From contig NW_003314315.1 in NCBI RefSeq assembly GCF_000143415.4, forward strand, positions 558,001 to 622,000: a DNA stretch of 64,000 bases. Reading direction: 5' to 3'. The notes under the pieces are model-generated. The model saw nothing but the letters and a program-made list of their open reading frames with translations, had not been told where the DNA came from and searched no databases. Position 1 is the first letter of the stretch, and every line of letters starts with the position of its first letter. The DNA comes from Selaginella moellendorffii. Taxonomy: Eukaryota > Plantae > Lycopodiophyta. The position numbers and the translations under genes were made by a program. This document shows positions 1 through 12,060 of this stretch, one piece after another.

Positions 1-757
1 CAAAAAAGTCACACGATAGCATCAGCTTGTGCAAAGCCTTCCCGTGGTATATCACTTTCGCTTCTGGATCGCCCGAGAGGGCATCCAAGAGAAGAACAAA
101 AGTGATAGAATCCGGTCTCACGCCTTCAAGCTGCATCCCTCGGAAGAGATCCAGCCCCTCTCGAACTGCGCCTGAGCGGCAAAACGCATCGATCATGGCG
201 TTCCGCGAGAACGAGTTCTTGTGTTCCATATGTTGGAACACAATAAAGGCATCACGGACAGCCCCGCATTTGCCATACATGTTGATGAGCGCAGTGCCTA
301 CCACAACATCTCGAAAGAAACGGCCTGTCAAGAAACTGGAATGGATCCAAGAGCCTGTTCTACAATCGCCCACCTGGGCACAGGAACCAAGCAAGGCAGT
401 GAAAACGAAAGAATCCCTGGGCTTCAATCCTTCTAAGAGCATCCAATGGAAGAGCTCCACCGCCTCGGTGTGAAGTAGACCACCGTGAAGATCATCCGTG
501 TATGCCGAGATTATCATCGTCCACGAGAACAAATTCTTGGAGGGCATCTTGTCAAACACTTCCCGGGCATCACTCAGGCTCCCACACTTGCAATACATGT
601 CTATGAGATGGTTGTTTAGATACCTGTCTGATGCGAGCAGCGTGTTCGTGGCCAAAGCGGCGTGGAGTTGCTTCCCAGATTCTAGGAGCCGATTGTCTCG
701 GCAGAGCCTCACCTCCTGAACATACTTCTCCACAGTATTCAACCAAGTATGGTTCAT
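1..757 (-). CDS. PLS-class pentatricopeptide repeat protein, 5' part (runs off the window)
   Basis: My translation from the ATG at 757 reads MNHTWLNTVEKY...LNNHLIDMYCKCGSLSDAREVFDKMPSKNLFSWTMIISAY...VVVGTALINMYGKCGAVRDAFIVF, which are typical P/L/S motifs. No stop before position 1. Confidence 0.9.
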   Translation of the reverse strand, partial: MNHTWLNTVEKYVQEVRLCRDNRLLESGKQLHAALATNTLLASDRYLNNHLIDMYCKCGSLSDAREVFDKMPSKNLFSWTMIISAYTDDLHGGLLHTEAVELFHWMLLEGLKPRDSFVFTALLGSCAQVGDCRTGSWIHSSFLTGRFFRDVVVGTALINMYGKCGAVRDAFIVFQHMEHKNSFSRNAMIDAFCRSGAVREGLDLFRGMQLEGVRPDSITFVLLLDALSGDPEAKVIYHGKALHKLMLSCDFF

Positions 758-1783
758 GGGCAATGAGAAAACAAAATCTTAAGTGGTGCTTGTTAAAGAT
801 TTTGGCCTAAAGCATTTCACTGTATGTTATCATTGGATGGAGCAAACCTCCCACATCATGATATGAATCGATCATCACGCTCCAAGACCTTGGGTTCCTA
901 TATGGCATCCTTCAAAAAATCATCCTGGCCTTCCGCAAATATCCATTCCTGGCATTTTTCGTAATTGGTTTGGCCAGAAAGGACTTCTGGGCTGAAGGAA
1001 TCCTTACATGTCTGGGACCAATACACTCTTGAGTTGCCATTGTTATTGTCAGATGTGATGCTCGTGTGTTGGGCCGGATGCAGCAATCCTGGTATATTTC
1101 TTTCTCTCCAGCAGCATCCATTGTAGCAAGGAAAAATTAGAGCTTAACAACCCCATTTCCACTCTTTGGCCCAGTCGCCCACGAAGTTTAGCTCTCTAGC
1201 AGGTTCGCATGTAATAGTCTAGGATGGAAGGAACGGTTTCCACAGGCTATAATTTCCGACCCAAGCACATCCCAAACACTGGAAAATAATTTTCTTGGCC
1301 TATACAATTGAGATCAAAGCCGATAATCTGGTGCCAGCAAAGATGAAGTCACTAGTAGCATGAATACTTCATAACAAAAGCAATGGACGAAAAAGGAGAA
1401 GAACAAAAGCAGGATTGAAGACAACTCACCGGCTTGGTAGTACTTCTTGAGGCTGAGGGTGTTCCTCAGTCTTGGGAGCTGACTTTAATTTTATTCAAGG
1501 CAGCCATGTAAGAAGAGGGAGGGATCATCAGGTTGTTGGTGTAGTGTTGCAAGGGAACGCACACTCCAGATCACATAGAAATCAATCTTTGACTGGAATG
1601 CAAGAGAAAGTCTGCCCTAAAAATCTTTGAAGCAAACTTTTTGCTTAAAAGAAAAGTTTAAGAGGATAAAATCACAGCCAGAAATATTTCTAAAATATAT
1701 TAGGAATATCCATTACACCTTACAGTATAAAATTTTATTTATGAAAACTTGGGATGTTAATTACAACCTTTAAAAAATATTAA

Positions 1784-2629
1784 CTACCCACATAAATAAC
1801 TACTTTGTAATATCCACCAAATAGTATTAGGATAATGTGCTAAAAAAATTACTATATTACAATTATCTTGAATAGTTAAGTATGAAGAAATTATGCATTT
1901 AGGTGAATTAGAACAGTATTTATTAGCTGCCCATAATACTTTTTTATTGTTATACAAAACAAGATTACCATCATTTTGAAGTTTTAATACACAAATATTA
2001 ATATAATCATTAGAGATTTTTGTTTCCCATATTTTTTTATTTTGTAAGAAAAGAACAACTTGACAATTTGATGTCACCATCAATATAACTTTACCATTTG
2101 GAGAAATCAAATATTCATTTTGATATAGTTTTTGTGGATTATATAATGTATGTTGCACAAGAAAACATATAGAAATGGAAGTTTCACTATAATTATTTTT
2201 TAAGTTATTAAAAAATAACCACTCTTGAACTAATTTATATTGTAAAAAGTATCCTGGATTTTCACTTTCGAAATAATCAGGACAACTAACTTGTAACTTA
2301 TTAATATTAGTATAAAAGAGTCTTTGGAATCCAGCTATCAAAGTACTACCTCTAAGAGTTTCTTAATTTGAGCATTCATACTTTGCTTTAAATCTTAAAT
2401 TTATAATTCCTACTGAAGTATTAATTAATTCACCATCTGCATAATTTGCAGGATATAGATCTCTATCATCTAATTTGGATATTAATTTTCTAAAAACTGT
2501 AGCTATTTTTGCTATATCTTGGGGATTTAAATATCCAAGTCTTCCAAACTTTGGTCTATAAACTGGTGCTATAATACATGTAGGAAAAAAATATAGTATA
2601 ATATAAATAAATTTTATTACTGCTACCAT
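1784..2629 (-). pseudogene. Secreted bulb-type (GNA-like) lectin gene with one in-frame premature stop
   Basis: ORFs 2363-2629 and 1784-2341 are in the same frame, separated only by TAA at 2363-2365 (reads ...YECSN*ETLRGSTLIAGF...). It has an N-terminal hydrophobic signal peptide and C-terminal B-lectin motifs LISPNG, LKLQNDGNLVLY, LTIQDNCNIVIF. Confidence 0.75.
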
Positions 2630-2767
2630 CGTGAAAATTGATTTTATTTGTACTTCCTTTAAAAGAGAAGGTGATATTTTAATATTTATAGTTTGTTTTA
2701 CATATATAATTATTAAATGACAAGTAAGAATTAAAGAAGGTTTATTTTGACTCTAGCTATGTTGACC

Positions 2768-2787
2768 AGAGAGAGAGAGAGAGAGAG
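2768..2787. repeat. (AG)10 microsatellite
   Basis: Perfect ag dinucleotide run seen directly. Confidence 0.9.
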
Positions 2788-3689
2788 TTAGTAAGTTAGT
2801 GAAGAACAAATTAAGAAAATTATGAAGACAGTATTAGTTCATTTGAAGATCTTTCTTATGAATATTTGCAAATTTGGTTCTAAGTGTAGGAAGTATGACT
2901 ATTACAACTGAATTGAAAAGCAGCCAATAAAGATCTGCGTAGCATGTTATAGGTTTACCAGTCATGGTTGAATATAGACTATAGTGGAGCACACATTGTT
3001 TAGTCTATGATAGTTGTGGCATTCTCCAATGAAAAACGTGAAGCCCATCAAGCAAATATGCTTGTATTGATGCTGTAGAAAAGCTCCATTTCAAGAGCTT
3101 CATGGTGGCTCTACAATCCTCTTTTTGTGAGCACTTACCAAGGGCCTCTGGAAGCAAATCATGGGCCTATGCACAAAAGCTAGCATTAAACACTGAGGAT
3201 TATAGAACAACCCTCAGGATTATAATTAGACACCTTCAGCATCTGATTCTGTGTACCACATTCAGACGGCATATAGTGCAAGCTTGCCACTTTTCCAGAA
3301 AGACAAGAGCTTCCACCACTCTTTAGATCCCTTTTAACTTCTCACAAAATTTCCAGCAATGAGTGTGAAACTGTGACACCACAGCAGAGGTGACCACCAC
3401 ATCGATCATCACAAGCCAAAAACAAAATGTGGCACACCCTGCCACTAAGCAGACACTATAGTAAACTCGGCTGGAAAACATCGTGTCTGGTGGCAACTCG
3501 TCATCGCGGGTGGTTTGGATTTTATTGTGATCGGTGCCATGCAGTAGCATCCAGGACATAGGCCAAGTAATTTTGGCACCCAGATATAAGAAGGATGATT
3601 TACTAATTTTGCAGAATAAATGGCTTAATTTTTTAAAATAAACGATTAAAAATAAACTTAAAAAGACGCTAACAGCTCATCAATTTTCA

Positions 3690-4260
3690 TCATATATATA
3701 AACAAAGAAACAAGTTTGGGTAAGGCATTCTTCCAAAAATTCTCCTCACTTCGTCCGCTTGCAAAGCCATCAAACATAGCTCAACACTCGCGTATGCCCA
3801 TTCATGGCATAAGCAGCCGCCATGGCCGTCAAAGACAAGCATCTGGAACCCGATCACACAGCGTCTTTTCGTTCTCGACTCTAGCAAGTCGATCATACCT
3901 GTTAGTATGTTCTCAAAAATCCTGTAAGCTTCAAGGATATGCCCGGACTGGCACGTCCAGTCCAAGTAGTATGGCCAAACCGAGCAAGGCACCTATGGTG
4001 GCACTTTCTCGAGCAAAGCCTCAGCCTGTGTGAGAATACCCCACTGCGGGCATAGCTCGTCAAGATTATCCTCGAGCGAGGACATGGCGTCGAACTCGAT
4101 GTGCGCTTGTTCCAAACAGCCATTCTGTGCATACACCGTGACCATGTTGTTCCACGAGAAGACGTTTGAAAGCTGCTGGACGCTATCAAACACCGTAGCG
4201 GCTTCCTTCGCAGCTCCAAACATCTCAACCAAGAAGCGTCCCCTCAGATTGCCGCATGGA
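3690..4260 (-). pseudogene. Degenerate PPR gene fragment
   Basis: PPR-like pieces in different frames (TVFDSVQQLSNVFSWNNMVTVYAQNGCLEQA; GHILEAYRIFENI; ADEVRRIFGRMP), interrupted by stops and frameshifts. Confidence 0.6.
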
Positions 4261-4411
4261 GCTGAAGAACGGCGTAGGCTGCAAACTTGCTTCTTCAGTC
4301 TTCTAGCTCCGCGCTGCTTATTCAGTTCGATACCACCCTGTGCTGCTACTAAAACTAGCTCCCGGTCCGATCGATGAGAAACTTGGTGCCTGTCGGTCAC
4401 CCTCCAAAGAT

Positions 4412-5428
4412 CTACTTCTTCTTCTTGGCGGGCTGCTTGGCACCACCCTTTCCTTTCTTCCCAGCAGCGGCCTTCTTCCCAGCTCCAGCACCGGCGACCA
4501 TGCGCACGCCTTTCCTTCCTTTCACTTGCTTTGGTTTGGCTCGCTTCGTCTGCCCCAGATATGGGAGTCCCATGAGCATCAGCAGCCGCTTTGCCTCTAG
4601 CCTCGACTCGGCTCCAGTCACCAGAGCTATCTTAAGCCCCCTGTTCTGATGAATGTGCTCAAATCTATTCGCCGAGAGCGAGCTGAAGTCCTTGGTTCCG
4701 AGATCATACCGGTCTTTGTGGAAAGCGTAGAAGGCGCTCTTTTGCGGACCCCGGGTCTTTGGAACAACGAGCTCCAAAAGCCTGTCCATGAAAGGATACA
4801 TCAACTGCATCAACAAAACCGAGACCTCGTGAGAGAAAGAACTACTAAACGATGCTCGCATACCTCTCCTCTCAACGTTACTTTGCAGCCAACCGGATCT
4901 CCAACCCTGTAGGCCGATCCCGAGACGGGCTTTGACGCTTTCGTGATCGTGGGGCGCTGCCCGGTTAGAATGTACATGTCCCTCACGGTGGTCTCCAGCA
5001 CCACCGCATCAGTCCGATCGAGCCGGAAGTTACAGTAGACAACGATCTTCTCGATGATAGGAACCTACATTCCCGGGAATTCACGCGAGAAAACCATGGG
5101 AAAATCTTGCAATGAAAGAAAGAAAAGAGAAACAAACCTTGCCGATAGAAGAGTATCCAAACTCATCCACAAGCGCCGGCACCACTCTCTCGCGATAGAG
5201 CTGCTTGGACTTGAAAATCCTCTGGCCTGGAGCGTCGACGCCGGCGCCAGCGATGAGGCCGCGATCCTTGGCATCCGCCGCCGCCACTGAGGCCATATGG
5301 CTGGCGGCCTCAGCGTCCACCCTGAATGTCACCGATCCCGAGTGCCGGACGAGGAGCAACCTCGCCGCCATTGCGGCGCCAGCGGCAGCGCCCTGGCGGC
5401 GGCATCCCCACAGCACAGCGGCCGCCAT
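4412..5428 (-). CDS. RPL5: Nucleus-encoded organellar 50S ribosomal protein uL5 (3 exons: 5428-5138, 5064-4864, 4804-4412)
   Basis: Spliced product ...KQLYRERVVPALVDEFGYSSIGK|VPIIEKIVV...ILTGQRPTITKA...VGCKVTLRGE|LMYPFMDRLL...LLMLMGLPY matches bacterial-type uL5 motifs. GT-AG introns, an N-terminal targeting peptide and a Lys-rich tail. Confidence 0.85.
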
Positions 5429-5471
5429 GGACGATCGATCGATATCGATCAAAACCCTTCTTCCCACATTC

Positions 5472-5479
5472 TAGGGTTT
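5472..5479 (-). promoter_or_regulatory. Telo-box (AAACCCTA) just upstream of the uL5 start
   Basis: tagggttt on the plus strand, about 45 nt upstream of the ATG. Telo-boxes are typical of plant translation-apparatus genes. A second one lies at 5677-5685. Confidence 0.45.
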
Positions 5480-8028
5480 ATGCATTTGGACCAAAGAGCT
5501 AGGCAATGTGTTGCTTGCGATCGATCGGCAGCGGGAATCCTCCTTCTTGCGCTTGTCTCTTCCGAAATATCGATGCTTGAGGCACTTTTCGTGCGTGTTC
5601 TCGCAGATCGCCACCGCGCGGCGGAGCATTCACTGGGTAGGAGCCATCGCTCGAGCGTAGAAATCTCTCTCCGCTTAAACCCTAAGCCTCGGTAGCCATC
5701 GGTTAGATCCATAACTCTTTCTTTCCCTGTTTCTTCGGTCGATTGCGCAGGCATTGCAAAGATCTTTAAAGCTAGAACGATAACTACATTGCTTGCTCAA
5801 CTAGACAATCTCGGCTCCGGATAGAGGTATCATCATACCTTGGAAATTTTCAGGTCCTGAGCGTGCAAGTGGATTCGGGAATAGGAGCAAACAGAAGCCT
5901 TCGATTCCATCGGACTCAATCTACTGTTGACAAGGTAGATCCATACTCCTTTACAAACTAGTTGAATTTCTCCTCCATTTCCATCCTCTTCTCTTCATTT
6001 TTTTCCATCTGCTGGATGATGCTCATTCCTAGATCAAGGCATGCTTGGACCAGTGTCCGATCTCTGCCACTCTCGCATCTGGTGGCCGAGCTCCACGAGC
6101 ACACTAAACAGCCAAGAACTCTTTGCAAGCGCTAGCGGATTCTCCTTCAGCGGTTTTGTAATGGGCGCCTGGGAGGGTACAAGGATGTGGCATGGTGACA
6201 ACGATGGCATTATAATAGCCCGAGCGATGCACACTCCGTGCGTGGCTCACACCTTCGAACGCTTGCGTGCTGTTTTCCATAGCGTGAATGACGACGTGGA
6301 GATAATGTTTGGAATTTTGGCACTGGAAGCCAGCGGCATTCGGTCGAAGATCCTCTGGAGTTGATTGTTGCGTGAAAACGAGACGAGCATCGTGTTCCAA
6401 GCGACGAGATCCATCCCGGGCAGGCATAAAACTTAGTGTTCGTTCAGCAGAGTTGATATGCCACGTTGGAGATTTGGAGATGAGTGCTTGGATGATGCCG
6501 CTTGAGATCAATGCAAAGTATGGAATCCACTCTATAGCATTGCGCTGCTCCACTCTCACCCCATTTCCCCTTGAAAATAGCGACTTCCAAAGAAAAAAAA
6601 AGCGATTCATTTCTAGCTTCCCGATTTCCTATACTCCGATTCTAGTGTGTCGACACCGATAACAAGGGATCGGACAGCTCTGGCGCCTAGCTTCCCATCA
6701 AAACGATTGCTAACGAAACATTTTTGTTGGATGGTGCTTGTGCAAGTGGAAAGGAGTTCAATGGAGCGCGTTGGGAGACAGGACTTCCAAAGGCGATGGG
6801 AATGAGCTATCACCTTATGGCGAGGACAAAATACAAGGTCATGGCTTGGAGTTTGCTGCCCCCAATGGTATTCATTTTTCGCCAAGATGGATCTCCTGAC
6901 TGGCTCCTACTGCTCTTCCTGGTGAGTATTTACCTGTAAGCTTTGTTTTCACAAATTTATTTGCGTAAACAACAATATCTACTCTAACAACGTCGGCAAT
7001 AAGAAAAGGTTTGGAGGAAAACAGTGATAGATATTTCCAGAATCGCTTGTTGGTTTTGTTGTTTTTCCCAAGTTGTGAGTTTCCGGAATTGATGTCGAGA
7101 AATGCTAGACCTTGTGCCATTCTTCTGCCAGAGACCTATGATCAAAAGTTGCAAGCTTTAAGAGCTAGAGAAGAAGAGATTTTACTATCTCCCTGTTCAA
7201 GCTCTTGCCAGAGTCCTATGGTGCTCCTCATATCCCCATTCTCCGGCCTAGTGGTAAGTTTTTCTTCCAATGCTAATGCCAAAGATGAGATTTTTCTTGC
7301 TTAGATCTTCATGAGATTGTGTTGTTGCTACTCATTTATTTGTTTTTGGCTTATTGGAACTAGACACCATTTTTCCTTCTGAGCTGGATGCTGGCATCCT
7401 TGTAATGCTCCTCGCTGATCCCAGTCCTTGCTGATCCTGGAAGTTGATCATGTAAACCCAGCCATGCTGCTTGTTGTATCTCTGTGCCATGGCACTCATA
7501 CCATCATCATTCTCCATTGCAGGCATAAATGTTAACTTTTCAAAGTATAGTGGAACTTGGATCTCGAGCTCATTGAGCAGTGCAAGCCCATCCTTTTGAT
7601 ACTTTCATTCGATGGCATTTGTATGCTATTAATAGGCTCATATAATGTGGTAAGTTGGAATTTCATATGATGTGGCAAATGAATTTTTTTTGGTGTTGAG
7701 AATTTCTATATTAGGCATAAAAAATGCATGCAAACATAATTTTGGTGTTCTGTTTAAAGTGTTTTAACACTATTCATAAAACACACATTTTTTAAAAAAG
7801 AAGATTGAACCCAGGACCTTTATATATTCTTTGATAATATTTTAATGTTTTTTTTGTTTTTATTTTCATGCATAGCAAACATTGTATGGCTTAATCACCA
7901 CAGCTGTTGTCAACAAGTTACAAAGTAAATAAAGACAAAGCACAAAATGAATTATACTACTATAAAATTAACCACGCGCTTTAGTTTTTATACCTTGTAA
8001 GGAGCTAGCTTTGTTCAGATTCTTAGAC

Positions 8029-8985
8029 ATGATCGGTAGGCTCTTCCTCATTTTGTTTCTGTTTTCCAACCACAATCCTATTGGAGCGGATCCCGAGTTT
8101 CTAGCGAGACAACATCCATGGAGGTTTGAATCTGGAGATTTTCATGTGATCTCTATGGCAATTCTGAAGCGCATCCGGTCGCTCTCAATGGAGAAGCATT
8201 ACACCTATGGAAGAAGTTTCACTTCCACATTCATGGCTACATCAGAGTTCAAGGTGAGTGTCAGGCTGTGGCTGTTTAGTGTGCAGAGGAACGATGGAAT
8301 GTGCTATGTCACACCAGATCATTTACATGTAATAGACTCCCAGGCCCTAGTGAATGCGTTCTTGGGTCTCTACAATTCTGTGGCTTCAAAGGAGATTGAG
8401 AGCATGGGTTATGGCCGAATTCTCTGCGTGTGGAAGATTTTTGCCATTGACTATGTATCTTGGTATGGAAAGCCAGAGTATGGATTAACAGAGCAAGAAA
8501 ATCAAGATGAGCCAGCGTTTGATCATTCTCGTGATTTTAACCGCACCCTCTTTGACATTACCACCGATCCCGACTGGGAGAACTGTTGGCCTTTTCGATC
8601 CAACATGATCGGAGGAGCTGAAGCTGCTTTGGGCTCATACATTGTCAGGGTTGGCACGCTGGTATCTCCCAATGGTAGATACAAGGTAATCATGCAGCAA
8701 GATTGTAACTTTGTTCTCTATGAAGCATATCTAGAAAACGTGAATGCGGTGGTGTGGGAAAGCGATACTTTTAGGAAGGCTAAGGGTTGCTACATCAACC
8801 TCCAAATGGATGGAAATCTAGTGCTTGTTGATTCTTCTGGAAAACAGGTTTTATTTGCCTCTAATAGATATTGCCCAAACCAGCCAAATTGTGTGGTTAC
8901 TGCTGGCCTCTCTGTCACAGATAATGGCTACATTGTCATCTGGCAGACTGACACTCAAACTGAGTTATGGCGAGAACCCAAGTAG
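8029..8985 (+). CDS. Secreted protein: signal peptide, uncharacterised N-domain, C-terminal bulb-type lectin domain (intronless)
   Basis: MIGRLFLILFLFSNHNPIGA signal; B-lectin motifs LVSPNGRYKVIMQQDCNFVLY, VVWESDT, LQMDGNLVL, LSVTDNGYIVIW; TATA-like tataaaa at 7961. Confidence 0.85.
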   Translation: MIGRLFLILFLFSNHNPIGADPEFLARQHPWRFESGDFHVISMAILKRIRSLSMEKHYTYGRSFTSTFMATSEFKVSVRLWLFSVQRNDGMCYVTPDHLHVIDSQALVNAFLGLYNSVASKEIESMGYGRILCVWKIFAIDYVSWYGKPEYGLTEQENQDEPAFDHSRDFNRTLFDITTDPDWENCWPFRSNMIGGAEAALGSYIVRVGTLVSPNGRYKVIMQQDCNFVLYEAYLENVNAVVWESDTFRKAKGCYINLQMDGNLVLVDSSGKQVLFASNRYCPNQPNCVVTAGLSVTDNGYIVIWQTDTQTELWREPK

Positions 8986-10297
8986 TGGTCGATCTAAAAT
9001 ATGTTGCATTCACTCAGAGTATCTAGAAGAATTCTTGGGCATGATCTTGTCAAAACTTCTGGTGAAAGATGTGATTCGAGGAAGAGCCAGATAGGATTTA
9101 GCTGTTGGCATAGAAGAGGAACATAAGGGACTGGAGACCATCGACGCAAGTGCGCCAGCGCCAGAGCCAAAAGCTCTTCCTTCTTTCAGTTCTTAACATG
9201 GGGTCACACAGGACCCAAATAAATAGAATGCAATTGCATTGCATCTTGGGTGGTGGGAGGTTGGTACAATTGTGTTATTTAAACCTGGTAAGATAACAAC
9301 ATATATTAAAAATATTTGAAGTAAATGAATAGTTATTGTTACTATTACTAATAAAAGGAATAAAATTGGTATTGTGTATCATAATAAAATATTATATGAC
9401 CTAAGTATTTTACTAACATTCAATAATTTAATATATTTGTGAATCTTAATTAACGTAAAATAATGAATTTTTTAAAGAGGTTAATTTTTTACATAAAATA
9501 AGAATAATTTGCTACACCTTGCATGTAACAATGTTTGGTTTGCTTAATAATAGTGTTATTCCTACTTATTAATCCAATTGATCAAATAAAAGTTTATAAT
9601 TATAAGCATGTTTATAATTTATAAACACAAAATTAATATTATTGCATAATTAAATGGTAGAATAAAAAGAAATATACTAAAAAGTGTTTAAGCAAGTTTA
9701 TAAATTATAAATACAAGATTAATTTAAATGAATAATAACCGCCAGATGGTAAAATATCCTAGAATATTCAAGTATATTTTAAGTATATCTACTACCATCA
9801 GGTTTGCTTAAGCAAATCAAAAAATGATAAATTTACTTATTTTATTTAGTTGACAATTAATTTATAGGTTTATATAGCTTTTGAATTAGTTTGCATTATA
9901 TTAGAATATTCTATTATAGTTTAACTTGATAATAATATTGATCACCACAACAATGTTTTACATTTTTAAAAGATATTATGCATGATAGTTTTTTTGAAGT
10001 GATACAATGGTATGGTGTGTTTTTCTATCTGGAAGATTAGTTGTAAAGAGAACAAGCTTTTGCTTCAGGTGAAAATCCTGAACTCCACACGACTGGCTAC
10101 ACGGAGAAGTCCCATCATCTGAATTGTCACAGGGGACGAATATAATGGAGAGCCTATGATGTCTCCCTAGCATTATGACATTACAATGGAAGAACCCTTC
10201 TTTTTGTGCTTCACGTGGGTTCTCGGGAGGATCGAGTACAGCGTCTCGATCGCTGGGGCTTCCCATTCGGATCGGCGGTAAGGCTAGGGTCTCTGAG

Positions 10298-11708
10298 ATG
10301 GAGCGTGAGATTCCCGCGGCAGTGGCGGCGGGGGAGCCAGCGCTAGGGATGCACACACTGCCTATGGCGGCTGCCCTGGCGGCGTCTCCAGCGGCGGAGC
10401 TGGCGTGCAATCTCCTCGACAGGCCAAACCGCAAGGAGGTGAAGCTCTTCTATTGCAGCGAGTACGAGGATTTGGCACGGAGGATCGCCGCCGAGACGGA
10501 TTCCATCGAGCTCAAATCCATCCGCTGGAAGTAAGTGGATTTCTTTCTTTGTTCTTGGACCGATCGATGGATGGTTGTCTCTTTTTTCTTTCAGCACATT
10601 CGAGGATGGCTTTCCAAACTTGTTTGTGCCAAATGCTCATGGGATCCGTGGCCAGCACGTTGCATTCCTCGCGTCTTTCAGCTCTCCTGCCGTGATCTTT
10701 GAGCAGCTCTCGGTGATCTACGCTCTTCCCAGGATGTTCATCGCCTCCTTCACGGTGGTGGTGCCGTTCTTCCCGACTGGAACGTCGGAGCGCATGGAAG
10801 ACGAGGGTGACATTGCCACGGCCTTCACTCTCGCTCGGATCCTCTCCAACATTCCAATCTCGAGGGGTGGCCCGACAAGTCTCGTCATCTTTGACATCCA
10901 CGCACTCCAGGTTTGCTTTCTCTTTTCCTTTCGATCTTTCTCCTAGCCTCGCTCACCCCGACTTGTAAAACAGGAGAGGTTCTACTTTGGTGACAGCGTT
11001 CTTCCCTGCTTCGAGAGTGGAATCCCGCTGCTCAAGCACCGCCTACACCAGCTTCCGGATTCCACAAATGTGAGACTTAGTCGAGAGCTTGCAACGATGT
11101 AAAAAATCTCTTGCAGGTGACTATAGCTTTCCCCGACGAGGGAGCTTGGAAGCGCTTCAACAAGCAATTCGAGCACTTTCCCACGGTAAAGTTCGTGAGT
11201 TCGTCGAGTGATCTCTAACTGTGTTTCGATGGTGGATCACAGATAATCTGTACGAAAGTTAGAGATGGAAACAAAAGGATCGTTCGCTTGAAGGAAGGCG
11301 AGGCCGCTGGAAGGCACGTCGTCATTGTGGATGATTTGGTGCGCTCTGGAGGCACTCTCAAGGAATGCCAGGTTCGTGCAATGTAAGATTTCTTCATCGT
11401 TTTCTTAGTCAGTATTTTTCGTCTTTCAGAAAGTACTACAAGCGAATGGAGCCACGAAAGTGAGTGCTTACGCCACGCACGGCGTCTTCCCTCAGCAAAC
11501 TTGGGAGCGATTTCTTCACGCGGCAGGAGGTACGTAGAGACTCCATTCTTCTCTTCGTTGACACTACAACATTTCAGAGAGCGAGAAAGAATTTTCGCAC
11601 TTCTGGATCACAGACTCCTGCCCCGAGACCGTCAAGGAGGTAATTGGCAAACCACCCTTCGAAGTTCTCACGCTGGCTGGTTCCATCGCTGCGGCACTCC
11701 ACATATAA
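10298..11708 (+). CDS. PRS4: Ribose-phosphate pyrophosphokinase, class II (PRS3/PRS4 type), multi-exon
   Basis: [85 protein letters not shown]; GT-AG introns; TAA at 11706-11708. Confidence 0.93.
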
Positions 11709-11944
11709 GTGCTCATTCTTCCATCTCCAATTTTCTTACTCTTCCTTTGCTTGAGAGTTCATCCGGTTTTCTCTTCCACCACCAATCTTCTTACTCTTTC
11801 TTTGCTTGCAAAACGCAGGATTTTTTTTGCTCTTCGTTTAGCTAAGTTCATTGAGGATTTGCTTGAGAAGTAAATGAAAACAGGCTGATTTTTCCGAATC
11901 TACTGATTTTTCTTTTTTGTTTTCTTACAAGCTGTGAAGATTTA

Positions 11945-12060
11945 GATCAGATTGAGTTTTCCAGATGGCTGAAAGAAATAGATGACGATCTTCAAAACCT
12001 CCAAAACACAAGGCGATCAGATTGAGTTTTCCAGATGGCTGAAAGAACTAGAAGACGATC
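11945..12060. repeat. Tandem duplication with a period of about 70 bp
   Basis: gatcagattgagttttccagatggctgaaagaa occurs at 11945 and 12015. It duplicates the last codons and stop of the minus-strand gene. Confidence 0.85.

Noticed and set aside
800-1510. Coding-like minus-strand fragments (LNFVGDWAKEWKWG; RVYWSQTCKDSFSPEV)
   Set aside because: Multiple stops and no family I can recognise. It may be a pseudogene, but I cannot support a call.
2900-3600. Short ORFs, possibly highly decayed PPR sequence
   Set aside because: No convincing motif in any frame.
5850-7330. Possible spliced gene or pseudogene with a Walker-A-like LLDGACASGKE
   Set aside because: Frames are broken by stops, the motif lacks the S/T after GK, and I find no supporting Walker B or recognisable homology.
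11945-12060. Repeat-spacer-like pattern considered as CRISPR-like
   Set aside because: Only two copies in a eukaryotic locus; explained by a simple tandem duplication of a gene end.
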